48,457 nucleotides of DNA. Origin: Octopus bimaculoides. Taxonomy: Eukaryota. The DNA lies in assembly GCF_001194135.2 (NCBI RefSeq), contig NC_068991.1, positions 72,836,060-72,884,516 on the forward strand, in the 5' to 3' direction. The position numbers were made by a program, and so were the translations under genes. Under the pieces are notes generated by a model. The model was not told the origin of the DNA and searched no databases. It saw only the letters and a program-made list of their open reading frames with translations. This document shows, one piece after another, positions 1-12,219 of this stretch (position 1 is its first letter; every line of letters begins with the position of its first letter).

Positions 1-324
1 CACCACCATCACAACCTCCACAATCACAACCACCATCGCAATCATCGACGTCGTCGCCATCATCGTCATCATCATCATTACCACCACCGCTCTCTTCCTT
101 CTCCTCCTCTTCCGCCTCCTGCTCATCACCACCATCATTATCATCATCACTGTTAGCGTCATCAAAATCGTTGTCATCATGGACATCGTGTGATCATGAT
201 GAAGGACGTTTACAATCATGATGCACACCTCCTCTCTTTCTCTTCTGTCTCCTCTGCCTCCTCATCCTCTCCATTCTCCTTCTCCTTCTCCTCCTCCTCC
301 TCTCCCTTCTCTTTCTCCTCCTCT
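1..324. repeat. Low-complexity trinucleotide region (CAC/CAT/TCC-rich)
   Basis: Degenerate (CAC)n, (CAT)n and (TCC)n runs are visible directly. Confidence 0.85.
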
Positions 325-356
325 CCCGGCGTTTCGCCCGGCGTTTCGTCCGGCGT

Positions 357-580
357 TTCTTATTTCTTTATTGCCCACAAGGGGTTAAACATAGAGGGGA
401 CAAACAAAGACAGACAAAGGAATTAAGTCGATTACATCGACCCCAGTGCGTAACTGGTACTTAATTTATCGACCCTGAAAGGATGAAAGGCAAAGTCGAC
501 CTCGGCGGAATTTGAACTCAGAACGTAACCGCAGGCGAAATACGGCTAAGCATTTCGCCCGGCGTGCTAACGATTTTGCC
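357..580 (-). mobile_element. F1 tRNA-derived SINE, tail type A, slightly 5'-truncated
   Basis: Reverse strand shows the head CGTTAGCACGCCGGGCGAAATGC, B-box GAGTTCAAATTCC, body GGTCGACTTTGCCTTTCATCCTTTC and tail CCCCTTGTGGGCAATAAAGAAATAA. It aligns to the copies at 11286 and 35022. Confidence 0.88.
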
Positions 581-1074
581 ATCTCTCTGGCTCTTGTTTA
601 TATATATCTCTCTCTCTTTCTCTCTCTTTACCGCTTTCTTTTTCATCGTCTCCCCTCTCACATTATCCCTTTTAGTCCCTCCCCCTCCCTCTGTCTTTCC
701 CGTGCATAAACAGAATGTAACACTTCACTTTTCATTTGACGGTTTTCTCTGTGAAATTCATTGGTTTCGACCTTTTAAATCCAAACATCACTGGGGGGAA
801 AAAAATATGCAAAAACGCAAAAAAAAAAAAAAAAGGGAGGATTTGAACCGGTGATTGATCATCGTTGGCTTGGCTAACTTTCACATTCAGGATCTCAGAA
901 TCTGTGTAATTGATCTAATCAAATTTAAGATAATGGAATGTGAACTCAGTGTGATTACTTCGATTCCAATGAGAGCTTAGACGACAACAACAACCTCAGC
1001 AACAACGACAACAATAACAACAACAGCTGCTGTTACTACGACACTATGACTACCACTGCTGATCATGATACTAC

Positions 1075-1241
1075 TTTCTATTATAGGCACAACCCCAGGA
1101 CACAACTGATACTTATTTTATCGAAAGCGGAAGAACGAAAGCCAAACTCGTCAACGGCGGCATTTGAACTCATCGTAAAGCCGAAAGAAATACTGTTAAA
1201 CACTTTTTCCGACGCGTTAAAGATTCTGCCATTGTACCGCC

Positions 1242-1243
<2 letters not shown>
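1075..1243 (-). mobile_element. F1 SINE, degenerate, tail type B
   Basis: Diverged match to the F1 body and head (ATTTGAACTC...GATTCTGCC...CCGCCTT). Confidence 0.7.

Positions 1244-1303
<60 letters not shown>
1244..1303. repeat. (AAT)20 microsatellite
   Basis: Perfect trinucleotide run; a second (AAT)-type run lies at 1526-1576. Confidence 0.95.
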
Positions 1304-1308
1304 TATAA

Positions 1309-1524
1309 GGGTTTCAAATTTTGATGCCAGTGCAGCAATTTTTAGGGAGGGGATGAGACGATTACATCGACCCCAGTGCATAACTGGTACTTAATTTATT
1401 GATCTTGAAAGGATGAAATACAAAAGTCGACTTCAGCGGAGTTTGAGCTCAGAACACGAAGACGGACGAAATGCCGCTAAGCATTTTGTCCGGACTGCTA
1501 ACGATCCAGCCAAATCACCGTCTT
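1309..1524 (-). mobile_element. F1 SINE, tail type C, flanked by (AAT)n on both sides
   Basis: Colinear match to F1 from tail GGTTTCAAATTTT through GATTACATCGACCCCAGTG to head CACCGTCTT. Confidence 0.82.
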
Positions 1525-1578
1525 AGTAATAATAATGATAATAATAATAATAATAATGATAATAATAATAATAATAGT

Positions 1579-1740
1579 CCTTTTAATTCTTTTATTCTTT
1601 TATTTGTTTCAGTAATTTGACTGCGGTCATGCTGGAGCACCACCTTCAGCCGAGCAAATCAACCCCAGGACTTATTCTTTGTAAGCCTAGTACTTGTTCA
1701 ATCGTTCTCTTTTACCGAACCTCTAAGTATGCAAACACGG
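1579..1740 (-). mobile_element. F2 SINE 3' part
   Basis: TTGTTTCAGTAATTTGACTGCGGTCATGCTGGAGCACC...CTTATTCTTTGTAAGCCTAGTAC matches the 3' half of the full copy at 13985-14408. Confidence 0.8.
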
Positions 1741-2477
1741 ACCTCCATGATTCTGTTCGAACAGGATATTCCTTATCCGTACTGGGTCAGAGTTCGAACT
1801 GACCAACGTCTTCATCTTTCACAGCAATGATTCCAGATGTAGAGTATAAAGGAAAGGGAGAGGAGACATCATTAGGCCGAGTGCTCGTTGTTAAATGGCT
1901 TCGAGACGTGACTGTTTGGCTTGACGACCATCGAACCAATGCCACTTTACCACTGTACATCATAAAATAAAATTAACTGCTCATATTGATTTTAAAGTCG
2001 TTACTGGGCCTTAGATAAAAATATTCAAATTAACGAAACGAGTGAATCCCGTTAACATGCTTATTTGCAAAACAAAATCACGAGCTAGCAGCATGATACA
2101 CATTTGTGTTAGAATATCTCCAAGCCACAAAACCCCATTACTGTTACTCTGCTAAGCTTTACCTTCATTGAATATAACCCTTCACTTCACATGAAATAGG
2201 AGGATCCAAGGAGATATTTATGAAACTACAAACATGAGTAACTCTGTTGTTACCGTGGAGATTACTTCAGATTTTTAATATCCTCATCAAGCCCTTTCTG
2301 ACCCAGCGGTTCTCAGATGGACAAATAACAATTCCTACACCCCAATAAAGTAATGGGGTAAGTTCCAGCCCACCGTTTTTACTAGCGAAAAGACAAAATA
2401 GGGTCTGTATCCTTTTAATTCTTCTTTGATCACCAAAATATTGGACAAGTGTGAAAAATGTTTGTAACCAGCTAATG

Positions 2478-2681
2478 TCTTTTAGCTTTTACATGTTTCA
2501 CTCATTGGACAGCGGCCATACTGCGACACTGCTTTGAAGGGATTAGTCGAACAAATCGATCTCAGGGCTTATTCTTTAAGTCTGGTACTTATTCTATCGG
2601 TCTCTTTTGTTCTACCGATAATATACGGGGACGTAAACAAACGAATAGCAGTTTTCAAGCGATGGTAGGGCGACAAACACA

Positions 2682-2770
<89 letters not shown>

Positions 2771-2930
2771 AGAAAGGACAGTTTTCCACACAATTTCCGT
2801 CAACCAAACTTACTCACAAGGCTTTAGGTGGCCCGGAGCTATAGTAGAAGACACTTGACCAAAATGTCGCGCACTGGAATTGAACCCTAAACCACAGTGT
2901 AGTAAAACGGGCTTATTAACCACGCAACTA
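2478..2930 (-). mobile_element. F2 CORE-like SINE, near full length, with internal (CA)n
   Basis: Degenerate but colinear with the copies at 13985 and 32433. The (CA)n run at 2684-2768 occupies the family's internal microsatellite slot. Confidence 0.78.
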
Positions 2931-3720
2931 TTTCTTCCTGATTGTCATTCCTAGTAAACACTTTTAGGAGAAACGCTGCTATAAATTACTTGGGTGGGGT
3001 GCCTACTCTATTGTTATTTGTTTAATTGATTTCCAAGGAATAACTAGCAGAGTTAATCTCATAAAGAATTCCAATTAAATAGTGTTAGATGTGTTACCGT
3101 TTCTACCCATCTCGCCTGCCTTCATGCATCTTAATAAGATTTCGGTAGGGTTATGTCCGCTCAAGAAGGTTGATTCGTTTAGCACAGTTAATGAAATCTG
3201 TTCGAAAGCAAAAGAAGGCAGATCATTGGGGCATAAAGATATCTGAACATCAACAAAGACCAGCTACAAGCGACCATAATAAATCAAATAATCTAACAGA
3301 AATATACCCCGTAGTCCTGAATATTTGTAAAGTGTAAACAGAACTGAAGAAGTAAGATGGAAGATATCAAGGTTTAGACAGTCTGTGTCAATGTTATCAA
3401 TTGTGAGGTGTATAGAGTAAAAACAAACAAGTAAATAGTCACAGAACAAGATAACAATAAAGATCTTCGAGATTGTATAATTTTTTTCCCTGACACAAAC
3501 TGCAGTTGAAAGCTGAAACAACATGGCTGTAGAATTCCTAGCTGTTGGAAATAACTAATAAGATCCACTAACTTGTTCGGCACTTAAATCTGTAGTAACA
3601 GATAGAAAAATTGAAAAACAACAAAACATTAAGTTGTATAGAAGAGGAAAAAAATGCTCAGAAATAGCAGCATTTCGTTTTCTTCCTCTGGAAAACATGA
3701 AAACACAAACATTACTCACT

Positions 3721-3775
3721 CTCTCCTTCTCTCTGTCTTTGTCTTTCTCTCTGTCTTTGTCTTTCTCTCTGTCTT

Positions 3776-3833
<58 letters not shown>

Positions 3834-3845
3834 ACATACACACAC
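3721..3845. repeat. Compound (TC)n microsatellite with three 18-bp TCTTTCTCTCTGTCTTTG-like units
   Basis: Seen directly. Confidence 0.9.
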
Positions 3846-6159
3846 ATGTGCAAATATATACTCAGACATACAGACGTACACACACAAACACATACATACG
3901 CACAAATGAAGTCTGTCATTTGAGAAATATAAATTAGAAAGAAAATATTATTCATACGAGATACAAAAGATAGAGTTTTCTCTAACGGAACTAACATTGT
4001 TTCACAGACAATTCTCAAAGAAGTGAGGAATCGGTAAAAAATGGGAATGAAAATGAACCAGAAGAACGATCACAGTAAATTGTGTGAATTTGAACGTCGG
4101 CGATTATTGAACTCGTCCCCTCATCATATTGAACTTCCTGGAAAACTTGAGCGGAAACAAAGAATGGGTTATCGAAAGCAGCTTATAAAATTAACACTTC
4201 GAGGTCTCAAACAGACATAATTCTATTTGTATCTATTCGTTCGTATGAGTTACTAATTTATTCATGCATTCATTTATTTGCATCGATGGGCCGTTTATCG
4301 TTTCCCTAAATCACACATACGGTGTAACAGACAAAACAATAGCAACAAAAGTCAAAATAATCGGACAGATTGTTTCATATTTCGTATGATTAGATCAGTT
4401 ACACAATTGAATTCAGCAAGGGGAATTAAAATAGTTCACTCATTAACATTTATTTCTCACCTTCTACTGTTATAGCATTCACAACTTAAAGAGTTCAAAC
4501 GTTTTATCACTAATAAATTAGTTCCATCTCTTACAGACCAATTCACATCACTTTGTTCTCACTACGTGCTTGGTTGGAAAGCTCTTACTGAATGATTGGA
4601 TCATTAAACTATTTATCGATATTCTAACTTCTTGCAGGCGAAATCAACTGATTGAGAAACTTTCGTACAAGTTGTACTTTGTTTCTGCTTTAATTGATCG
4701 GATCGATCAAGGAATATCGGAGTTCGTTACATCACGTTTTAAAGAAGAAGGATAGATGACTTAATCAGTCAGCAGTCACGCATATACAAGATGGCTGCTA
4801 TCTTTAGATATTCTGAAACGAATATGTTGAATGAATTTCTATCTGGCAACCTTATATTCATATGAAAAGCTATTATTGCAGTTTTGGGTGTAAGTTGAAC
4901 ATGGTTACAAACTAAGCGTTAATTTGAATTGATTTTCTTCTTGAAACAGAAATGAATTTTACTGGTGGATTCATGTTTGAACAGCATTTTATACTTTCTT
5001 ATAATCATTTTGCTCTTTGTTTTGAAAAACAAAGGAGGCGTCAAGAAGCAACAGAGCGCTTCATCTTTTCTTGTTCACACGCAGCATCATTAAATATTGC
5101 ACCAATGTTTCTTCAAATCTGAAATTTCTTATCGCAAGGAAGTTTACTGATTGAAGCAATGCAAAGTGAAAGATAGCTTTGTGTTCACAATAGAGGGAAT
5201 AAATTTCCCATCGATAAATTCAATGGATCAAATAGGAGAGCTCATATAAACAGTAAAACATTCTTCCTCTTCTAGTCAAACATATCTCAACTTTCTCTAC
5301 GATGGAAGACTGCTATAAAATTATGTGGAAGCAATAATCTCTTATAACCAGCATGGTGGCAGTCACCTGCAAAAACACTTTCAAACTGATTATCATGAAA
5401 GCAAACGGTACATTCCCCTAACTCACAGATTTCAAGGCGTTATTCCACACACGTTGGTCCCTATCAAACTATTCCTCTCCAACATTCTCTAGAAAAACCT
5501 CCGCTTTCACTTCTAGATTTGTCTCCAATTTCTACCTTAACACATATCAAGACTTGAACCTCTCACTCCTATCATTATTGTATCACGTCATGTACCTCTC
5601 CCCTCAAGTCCATGTTATTCATCACAGTTTGTAAACAGTACTAAAAGTGTTTATTATAGCTTAGTGTTTATGTAACATTACTTTATCAAGGTAACGCTTA
5701 TCACAACTTAATCATGTTTAACCTTTTAAAAGTCGATTTAGAGAACTTTTTTCTGAAAGATGAAAAGCAAAATTACATTTCATTCGCCACAAAATCAATT
5801 TTTTCAGCCATGTTATCAAACGACATTTTCCTTTTACATCCTAAATGCTTTCTTCTCTTTTAGTCAAGAGGAAAACCTGTACCTAAGATCTGTTTGACGG
5901 TTTCCGAGTATAATGCACATGAGAATGGAATGTATCTCTAAACTGAAAACCTGACCGGATGTTTGCAACAAAGTAGATTCTGTTAAAGACACCTCAGATG
6001 GTGGAGCTAAAGCAGGAAACAGATTGAATTTAAATCCCAGGTACCTCAGGGTAGGACCTGCATTCGGAACATAAAGAACTTGAGCAAATACCGTAAGGCA
6101 TCCGGTCCGACGTTTTTACAGATCCACCCATCTCCTATCTTGGATTAATACATTTCTCT

Positions 6160-6270
6160 TCTACACCGAATGGATGAAATGCTAAGGTTGACTTCGGCTG
6201 ATTTGAACTCAGAATGCCGATTGTTAGAATAAATATCGCGCAACATTCTATCCGATGTTTTGATGACTTA
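6160..6270 (-). mobile_element. Old F1-related SINE fragment
   Basis: GGATGAAATGCTAAGGTTGACTTCGGCTGATTTGAACTCAGAA resembles the F1 body; strongly diverged. Confidence 0.5.
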
Positions 6271-6457
6271 CTTTGCTAATCTACCGACCTTGTCTAGCAA
6301 CAAAAACACCACCATCACCACCACCACCACCACGACAACGACAACATAAGTTTTACTCTGTCGATGTCTTTCTTTGAACAGTAGCCGAAATTTAAAACTT
6401 ATTTTTCATTTAACTTGACTTTCCAGTCATTGTTATATCAGTATACACTTTACATAA

Positions 6458-6692
6458 AGGCAGCGAGGTGGCAGAAACGTTAGCACGCCGGGCGAAATAC
6501 TTAGCAGTATTTCGTCTGTCTTTACATTCTGAGTTCAAATTCCGCCGAGGTCGACTTTGCCTTTCATCCTTTCGGGGTCGATAAATTAAGTACCAGTTGC
6601 GTCCTGGGGCCGATCTAATCGACATAATCTCTTCATCTGTCCTTGTTTGTTCCCTCTATGTTTAGCCCCTTGTGGGTAATAAAGAAATAAGA
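6458..6692 (+). mobile_element. F1 SINE, full length, tail type A
   Basis: Head GGCAGCGAGGTGGCAGAAACGTT (A-box-like), B-box GAGTTCAAATTCC at about 6530, and tail GCCCCTTGTGGGTAATAAAGAAATAA. Confidence 0.92.
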
Positions 6693-7210
6693 AACGTTGG
6701 AACGCCGGGCGAAATGCTTAGCGTGGAAGGTATTTAAAAGCCATTTAAGAAACACAGAAAAACCGTTAGATTCACTTCAACATTTAAATTTAATTTGCCA
6801 AAATATTTTCATCGCTTTCAGACCGTGACCTGTTCACTGACAAAATTCCGTGCTGCTTAGAATAATGGTTTCATATTTTTTTTTTATAATTAAGATCTAA
6901 ACTGTTAATATATGAATGCGAAAGAGACAGTTGAATAACTGTAAACCTACTTTTGGGCCATATATACATTTCCACGCATATCATTTATCCTTTACTTGAA
7001 GTAATCAACTCTAAAACTTAATGTCGAGCCATCGTGGTTTTGCACGCGTGTTATTTAGGAAAGGAAGGGCCCCATTGAAAGGGATACACGAAAACCTGTT
7101 AAAGGGTGGCTAGTGTGAAGAGAAATTTAATTAAATGAAGGCATTGTCTATTATTGTCTTCTGACAGAATTGTAAAAGCATCGGTCAAAGACTGTTGATA
7201 TTTAGTTACC

Positions 7211-7312
7211 GTTCTTTACTTTCTAAGTTCGAATTCCACCGAAGTCTACTTTTGCTTTTAATTCTTTCGGGATCAATAAAATAAAGTACCAGTTGTGCTG
7301 CCGGGTTGATTT
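7211..7312 (+). mobile_element. F1 SINE internal fragment, degenerate
   Basis: AAGTTCGAATTCCACCGAAGTCTACTTTTGC...GGATCAATAAAATAAAGTACCAGTTG matches the F1 B-box and body. Confidence 0.7.
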
Positions 7313-7658
7313 CATATTTCTATAAAGCATCCTAGATGTAAGTGGAATTGTACTTGTAGAAAACGCTAGAAGTACTGTTGCTGTTGTAAGTTTGATCACT
7401 GGTCTACCATATAAAGAGAGACATGGAGCGAACAAAATCCCTTCTACCTCAAAATATCTGAATCAGTGTAAAATGAGAAGAATTTTGACATTCTGAATCC
7501 AAACTGATTTGAGATATAAAGAAAATAACATTTCTTCTGCGCACTTTTTCAATAATAGCAGATTATCCGTGAATATAATTAGTTGTGATTCCATCTCTCA
7601 ATTTGTCTGCTCTTTACTATTTTTTCTTTTGCTATCTTTAGGTTTCATCAAAACATTG

Positions 7659-7953
7659 GTTTCAAATTTTGGTACAAGATAAGTAATTTCAGGTGAGATC
7701 AGTAATTTCAGGTGCGATGAGTTATTTCGGGTGAGATTAACAATTTCAGGTGAGATGAGTAATTTCAGGTGAGACTAGTAATTTCAGGTAAGATCAGTAA
7801 TTTCAATCGATCGCATCGACCGCAGTGTTCCACTGAGACTTATTTTATCGACTTCGAAAGGACGAAAGGCAAAGTCGACCTCGCTGGAGTTTGAACTCTG
7901 AATGTAAAGATGGGTGACATTCCGTGCTAACGATTCTGCCAGCTCGCCGCCTT
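7659..7953 (-). mobile_element. F1 SINE (tail C) with an internal 19-bp minisatellite and a head deletion
   Basis: Tail GGTTTCAAATTTTGGTACAAG, then the minisatellite, then F1 body and head ending CTCGCCGCCTT. Confidence 0.8.
7682..7805. repeat. Minisatellite, 6.5 x 19 bp (AGTAATTTCAGGTGAGATC consensus)
   Basis: Units start at 7682, 7701, 7720, 7739, 7758, 7777 and 7796. Confidence 0.93.
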
Positions 7954-7971
7954 AAATTTCATTGAAATATT

Positions 7972-8165
7972 GATTTCAAATTTTGGCAGAAAGCCAGCTA
8001 TTTCGGGGAGGGAAGTAGTCACTTGCATCGACCCCGATATTCAACTGGTACTTATTTTATCAACTCCGAAATGATGAACGGCAAAGCCGACCTCGGCGGA
8101 ATTTAAACTCAGAGCGGGAAGACGGACGAAATTCCGTGCTAACGAGTCTGGCAGCTCGCCGCCTT
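7972..8165 (-). mobile_element. F1 SINE (tail C), tandem with the previous copy
   Basis: Full colinear F1 match with the same head deletion as the upstream neighbour. Confidence 0.85.
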
Positions 8166-8244
8166 AAATTCCATTGAAATATTAATAGATCGTTTACTTA
8201 GTTGATCGTTTACTTTATCCGCTGTCTTTTATCGTTTATTGAAC

Positions 8245-8375
8245 AAACCAACAATGAAAACCATTCCAGCTATGATCATCTCGGGATTTCATACATATAG
8301 GATTATATTGCTCAATATACCCTTCATTTTTTTAAGTCGGTAAATTGAGATTTGAGGGAGATTTGGTTTGTATCT
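8245..8375 (-). mobile_element. F5 dispersed repeat fragment (probable SINE 3' part)
   Basis: Reverse strand CCAAATCTCCCTCAAATC...GATGATCATAGCTGGAATGG resembles segments at 10430-10612, 25620-25750 and 39290-39445. Confidence 0.5.
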
Positions 8376-9866
8376 CAGTGTTCATGTGACTATATATATA
8401 AGCTCCCTGTCATTTTGAGATGTAGTTGTGAACGATGGGTCGATAACCTATGGAATCAGACCGATTGCCCTTTTTAATGCAATTCTATAAAGAATAATGA
8501 TGATGAATATCTTGTTTAAACATGTGAACTATGGGCCTATTTACTATGTATATTCTGCCGAATCGTAAGGCACCTCTAACAAAAGAGTAATTCCTGGTTA
8601 TTCTAGCAAATTGAATCGCTTAGTTATTCATTCTAATTCTGAACCAACGCTGTCTACTTGATCACAATTATTCATTTAAAAGAGTGAGCTCAAGGAAACC
8701 TAACTTTGTCTATGCTTTCACAGCCTGGGCAAATGCAATTATAGAAGAGAAAATTGTAAAGTCGATATAAATACAGCGTTACAAACATATAGTTAGTTGT
8801 AATATTAACGGCCGATTCGGTGATATTGTGAAAGAACGAAGATTAATAAAGCTGAGCATGGCTTTTTCTTTCAAACTATTTCCATTGCTCTTTTGTGACA
8901 CCAAGATGGAAATAAATACGAAACGGTAAATAGAATTTAATATTCAGCTTTTCTTTCTCATCGACCCGACTTTTTATTGGTGTGTATTGAATAATCGGCT
9001 GAGAGGAAGAGAGACAGAAAGAAGGAGAGAGAAAGAAAGGAGAGAGAGTGAAAAGAAAATGCAAAGGAAATATATAAAAAAGTGATAAGCAAAATAGAAA
9101 ATGGAGGGAGAGAGAGAGAGAAAGAAACGAAGAATGAGAAGGAGAGACGCAGGGAATAGGGTAGTAATAGAAAGAGAATACGAGATGGAGATATCAACCC
9201 GCAAATTATACAATAATGGCGGAATCTGGGGTTAAACCTTCATTCTATTCAATTGAGTGCTTTTCTAAACAGATTAATTTATTCCGCCACACCTACTAAC
9301 TGACAAATGATTTATTACAAAACTGAAATATGAATGGAAGAGGAAATTGTAGCATAAGATCGTTACAAGAGAGAGAGTTCTGTTTTAAAAATAGGCGATC
9401 GGACCATAATGGAAATATAGAGAAAAAAAGAAAGAATAGAAAAAAAAGAAACAACGCTTCTGATGTTAATGGAGATATTATTACTCAAATACTGCTTAGT
9501 GTAATATTTGTTCGACTGTAAATCTAGACATTTTAGAAAATACAAAGAATTATAAGAGAAGAGAGGATGAATAATTTGTGTGGAAAATAAATATAGCCAA
9601 AACGTGTAAAGATAAAAGTAAATGATGTGATAGTAATCCAAACTTGAGCGGAGAGGTAGAGAAAATGGATTAAATATGTCGTCTGCTTTTATACAGAATG
9701 GAGAAAAAAATTAAACGTTTCAACATAGCATTAATAGATACTTCCTGAGTCACTAAATAATTTCGCTAAAAATTTTCTTAATGTTTATTTATTCAATCTC
9801 CATATTGTAAATTATATATAAGTGATATGACTGATGTGTGAATAATATAGTTTTAGGTATACTGTA

Positions 9867-10060
9867 AAGGCGCGTGGCCATGCGTTTAGAGCTGTTGGAA
9901 TCAGGTTCGTTACATGGTAGGTTCGTTTCTCGAACTGGGTTGCACTTCATTTCAAGTTTGTCCAGTATACTCCGCTGAATATGATACCAGTGACACCTGG
10001 GGTTATCCCTGAGATAGACAGCAGTTCCGTTCTGTAGAGAAATATATACTAATTTCAGCC
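9867..10060 (+). mobile_element. Degenerate tRNA-derived SINE
   Basis: AAGGCGCGTGGCCATGCGTTTAGAG head-like start and GGTTCGTTTCTC B-box-like motif; heavily diverged. Confidence 0.4.
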
Positions 10061-10429
10061 TGAGTACCTTGTAAATCCAGTCACATGAGACTTTAGGCTC
10101 GAGACAGACTATAACATTTATTCAAAATGAACTGTATGGTATTTATTTAAATGCTTGTATTGTTAGAACACAATAAAATCCAAAATCTATCTTGATCAAG
10201 GCATTCTTGCTTTGACTATTCAGTCTTGTTTTCAGACAATATATCTTGTAGAAAGGCATTGAAACAGCAGAATCAATTACAGAGCTTGTTTATGTGTCTC
10301 GGTTAGAGAGGTATTTATATCTAGTCGCGACTACACTGACGCTGAAACAATTTGATAAAGCGTGGCAGATACTACGAGTCCATACCCTTTGTACAACGAT
10401 TTATTTCTTCAAACAGAAGGCGTCTGCAT

Positions 10430-10612
10430 GGTTGTCCAATTCCTTAAAAATAGCAGATAAATACCCCTGAATCTTACAGTCTTAAAAAGAAGAAATGACA
10501 CATTCAATAATGTAGTTAAGTCTTAGTATATTATATCGTAAAGAATGATGAGTAGTCACAACTGGAATGATTTTGATCATAGTTTATGCTAGAGCAGAAC
10601 TGGGTTGAAATT
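10430..10612 (+). mobile_element. F5 dispersed repeat fragment
   Basis: AAAATAGCAGATAAATACCCC...GTCACAACTGGAATGATTTTGATCATAG is similar to the reverse complements of 8245-8375 and 39290-39445. Confidence 0.5.
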
Positions 10613-11221
10613 ATTAGCAAATGCAATACAGTTTTCGAGACACTCCAAAGATGACATCCTATTCCCACGACATCTCTCGCCTGTCAGAACTTTAGAAGAA
10701 GCTACATCGTTACACTTGGCATTAACACTTCGATCGAAAATACAGACAGCAGAATAGAGAGAAACAGAGGTAGAAAATGAACGAAGATTTTTAAAAAAAT
10801 TAAAAAAGAATAAATAATAAATATATATATATATTTTCCCTTTATTTTCAGGAAAATCTGCAATTTCCGTGACAACATTAAAAGCTCACACGCAATTCTC
10901 ACTTCACGCCCTCCTCTAAAACGACACAAAACAACAGACAGAAAAAAACCCCATTATATATCGAGACCAGTTGACATATTTTGATTGATGCCAATATCTC
11001 TTGATTTGCGAAAATCTACGACGGCACCAATATTTTCTTTTCTCGTCTCTTTGATTCCTTGCGCCAACTGTTCGTTTGTTTTCATTTTCAATCGACCTCA
11101 CCATCACACAACCTTCCAGTCATATATAAATCTTGCTGTTTGAGTGTGTTATGTAAAAATATTATCTTACTTCTACATATTCTTCTGGTTGATCCTTTTC
11201 CTTTTCGACGCTTTTTCAGTC

Positions 11222-11241
11222 TCTCTCTCTCTCTTACCTGT

Positions 11242-11285
<44 letters not shown>
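11222..11285. repeat. (TC)n/(TATC)n microsatellite
   Basis: Seen directly; abuts the F1 tail. Confidence 0.92.
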
Positions 11286-11755
<470 letters not shown>

Positions 11756-12065
11756 TCCAAGTGCCTAGTAGCTTGTTTGCGGTCCAGACAGTATCGAAAG
11801 AGTAATGAAATGAATTACGACATTTTCATTGATTAATTTTTATTGGTGATGAGGAAAAAAAAAATCATTAGCTTAATGATTTAATTCTGGTTAAGAAGGG
11901 CAGGGTACATGACTCTGAAAATTAATGAACTGAAGAGTAATTAAAAATATAATACGGCCAATATAGAGGCCAACCGGTTCTCTTGTTGGCAGTCGGGTAG
12001 CAAATACGGTATTGTTACAAACTTTCACCTTATCATAGAAGCGTAATTTCAAAAATGATTCCACA

Positions 12066-12219
12066 TGTATGTATGTACGTACGTATGTACGTAGGTACGT
12101 ATGTATGTATGTATGTATGTATGTATGTATTTATGTATGTATGTATGTATGCATGTATGTATGTATGTATGTATTTATGTATGCATGTATGTATGTATGC
12201 ATGTATGCATGTGTGTGTG
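12066..12219. repeat. (TATG)n compound microsatellite
   Basis: Seen directly. Confidence 0.93.

Noticed and set aside
2132-2359. 11-bp inverted repeat ACCCCATTACT/AGTAATGGGGT as MITE TIRs
   Set aside because: No TSD, and the length is within chance expectation at this spacing.
4041-4220. 59-aa ORF with SKLCEFERRRL, reminiscent of a Tc1 transposase N-terminus
   Set aside because: Similarity is limited to a few residues, with no TIR or downstream transposase motifs.
7682-7805. CRISPR-like array
   Set aside because: Units are contiguous with no spacers, there are no cas genes, and the context is eukaryotic; it is a minisatellite.
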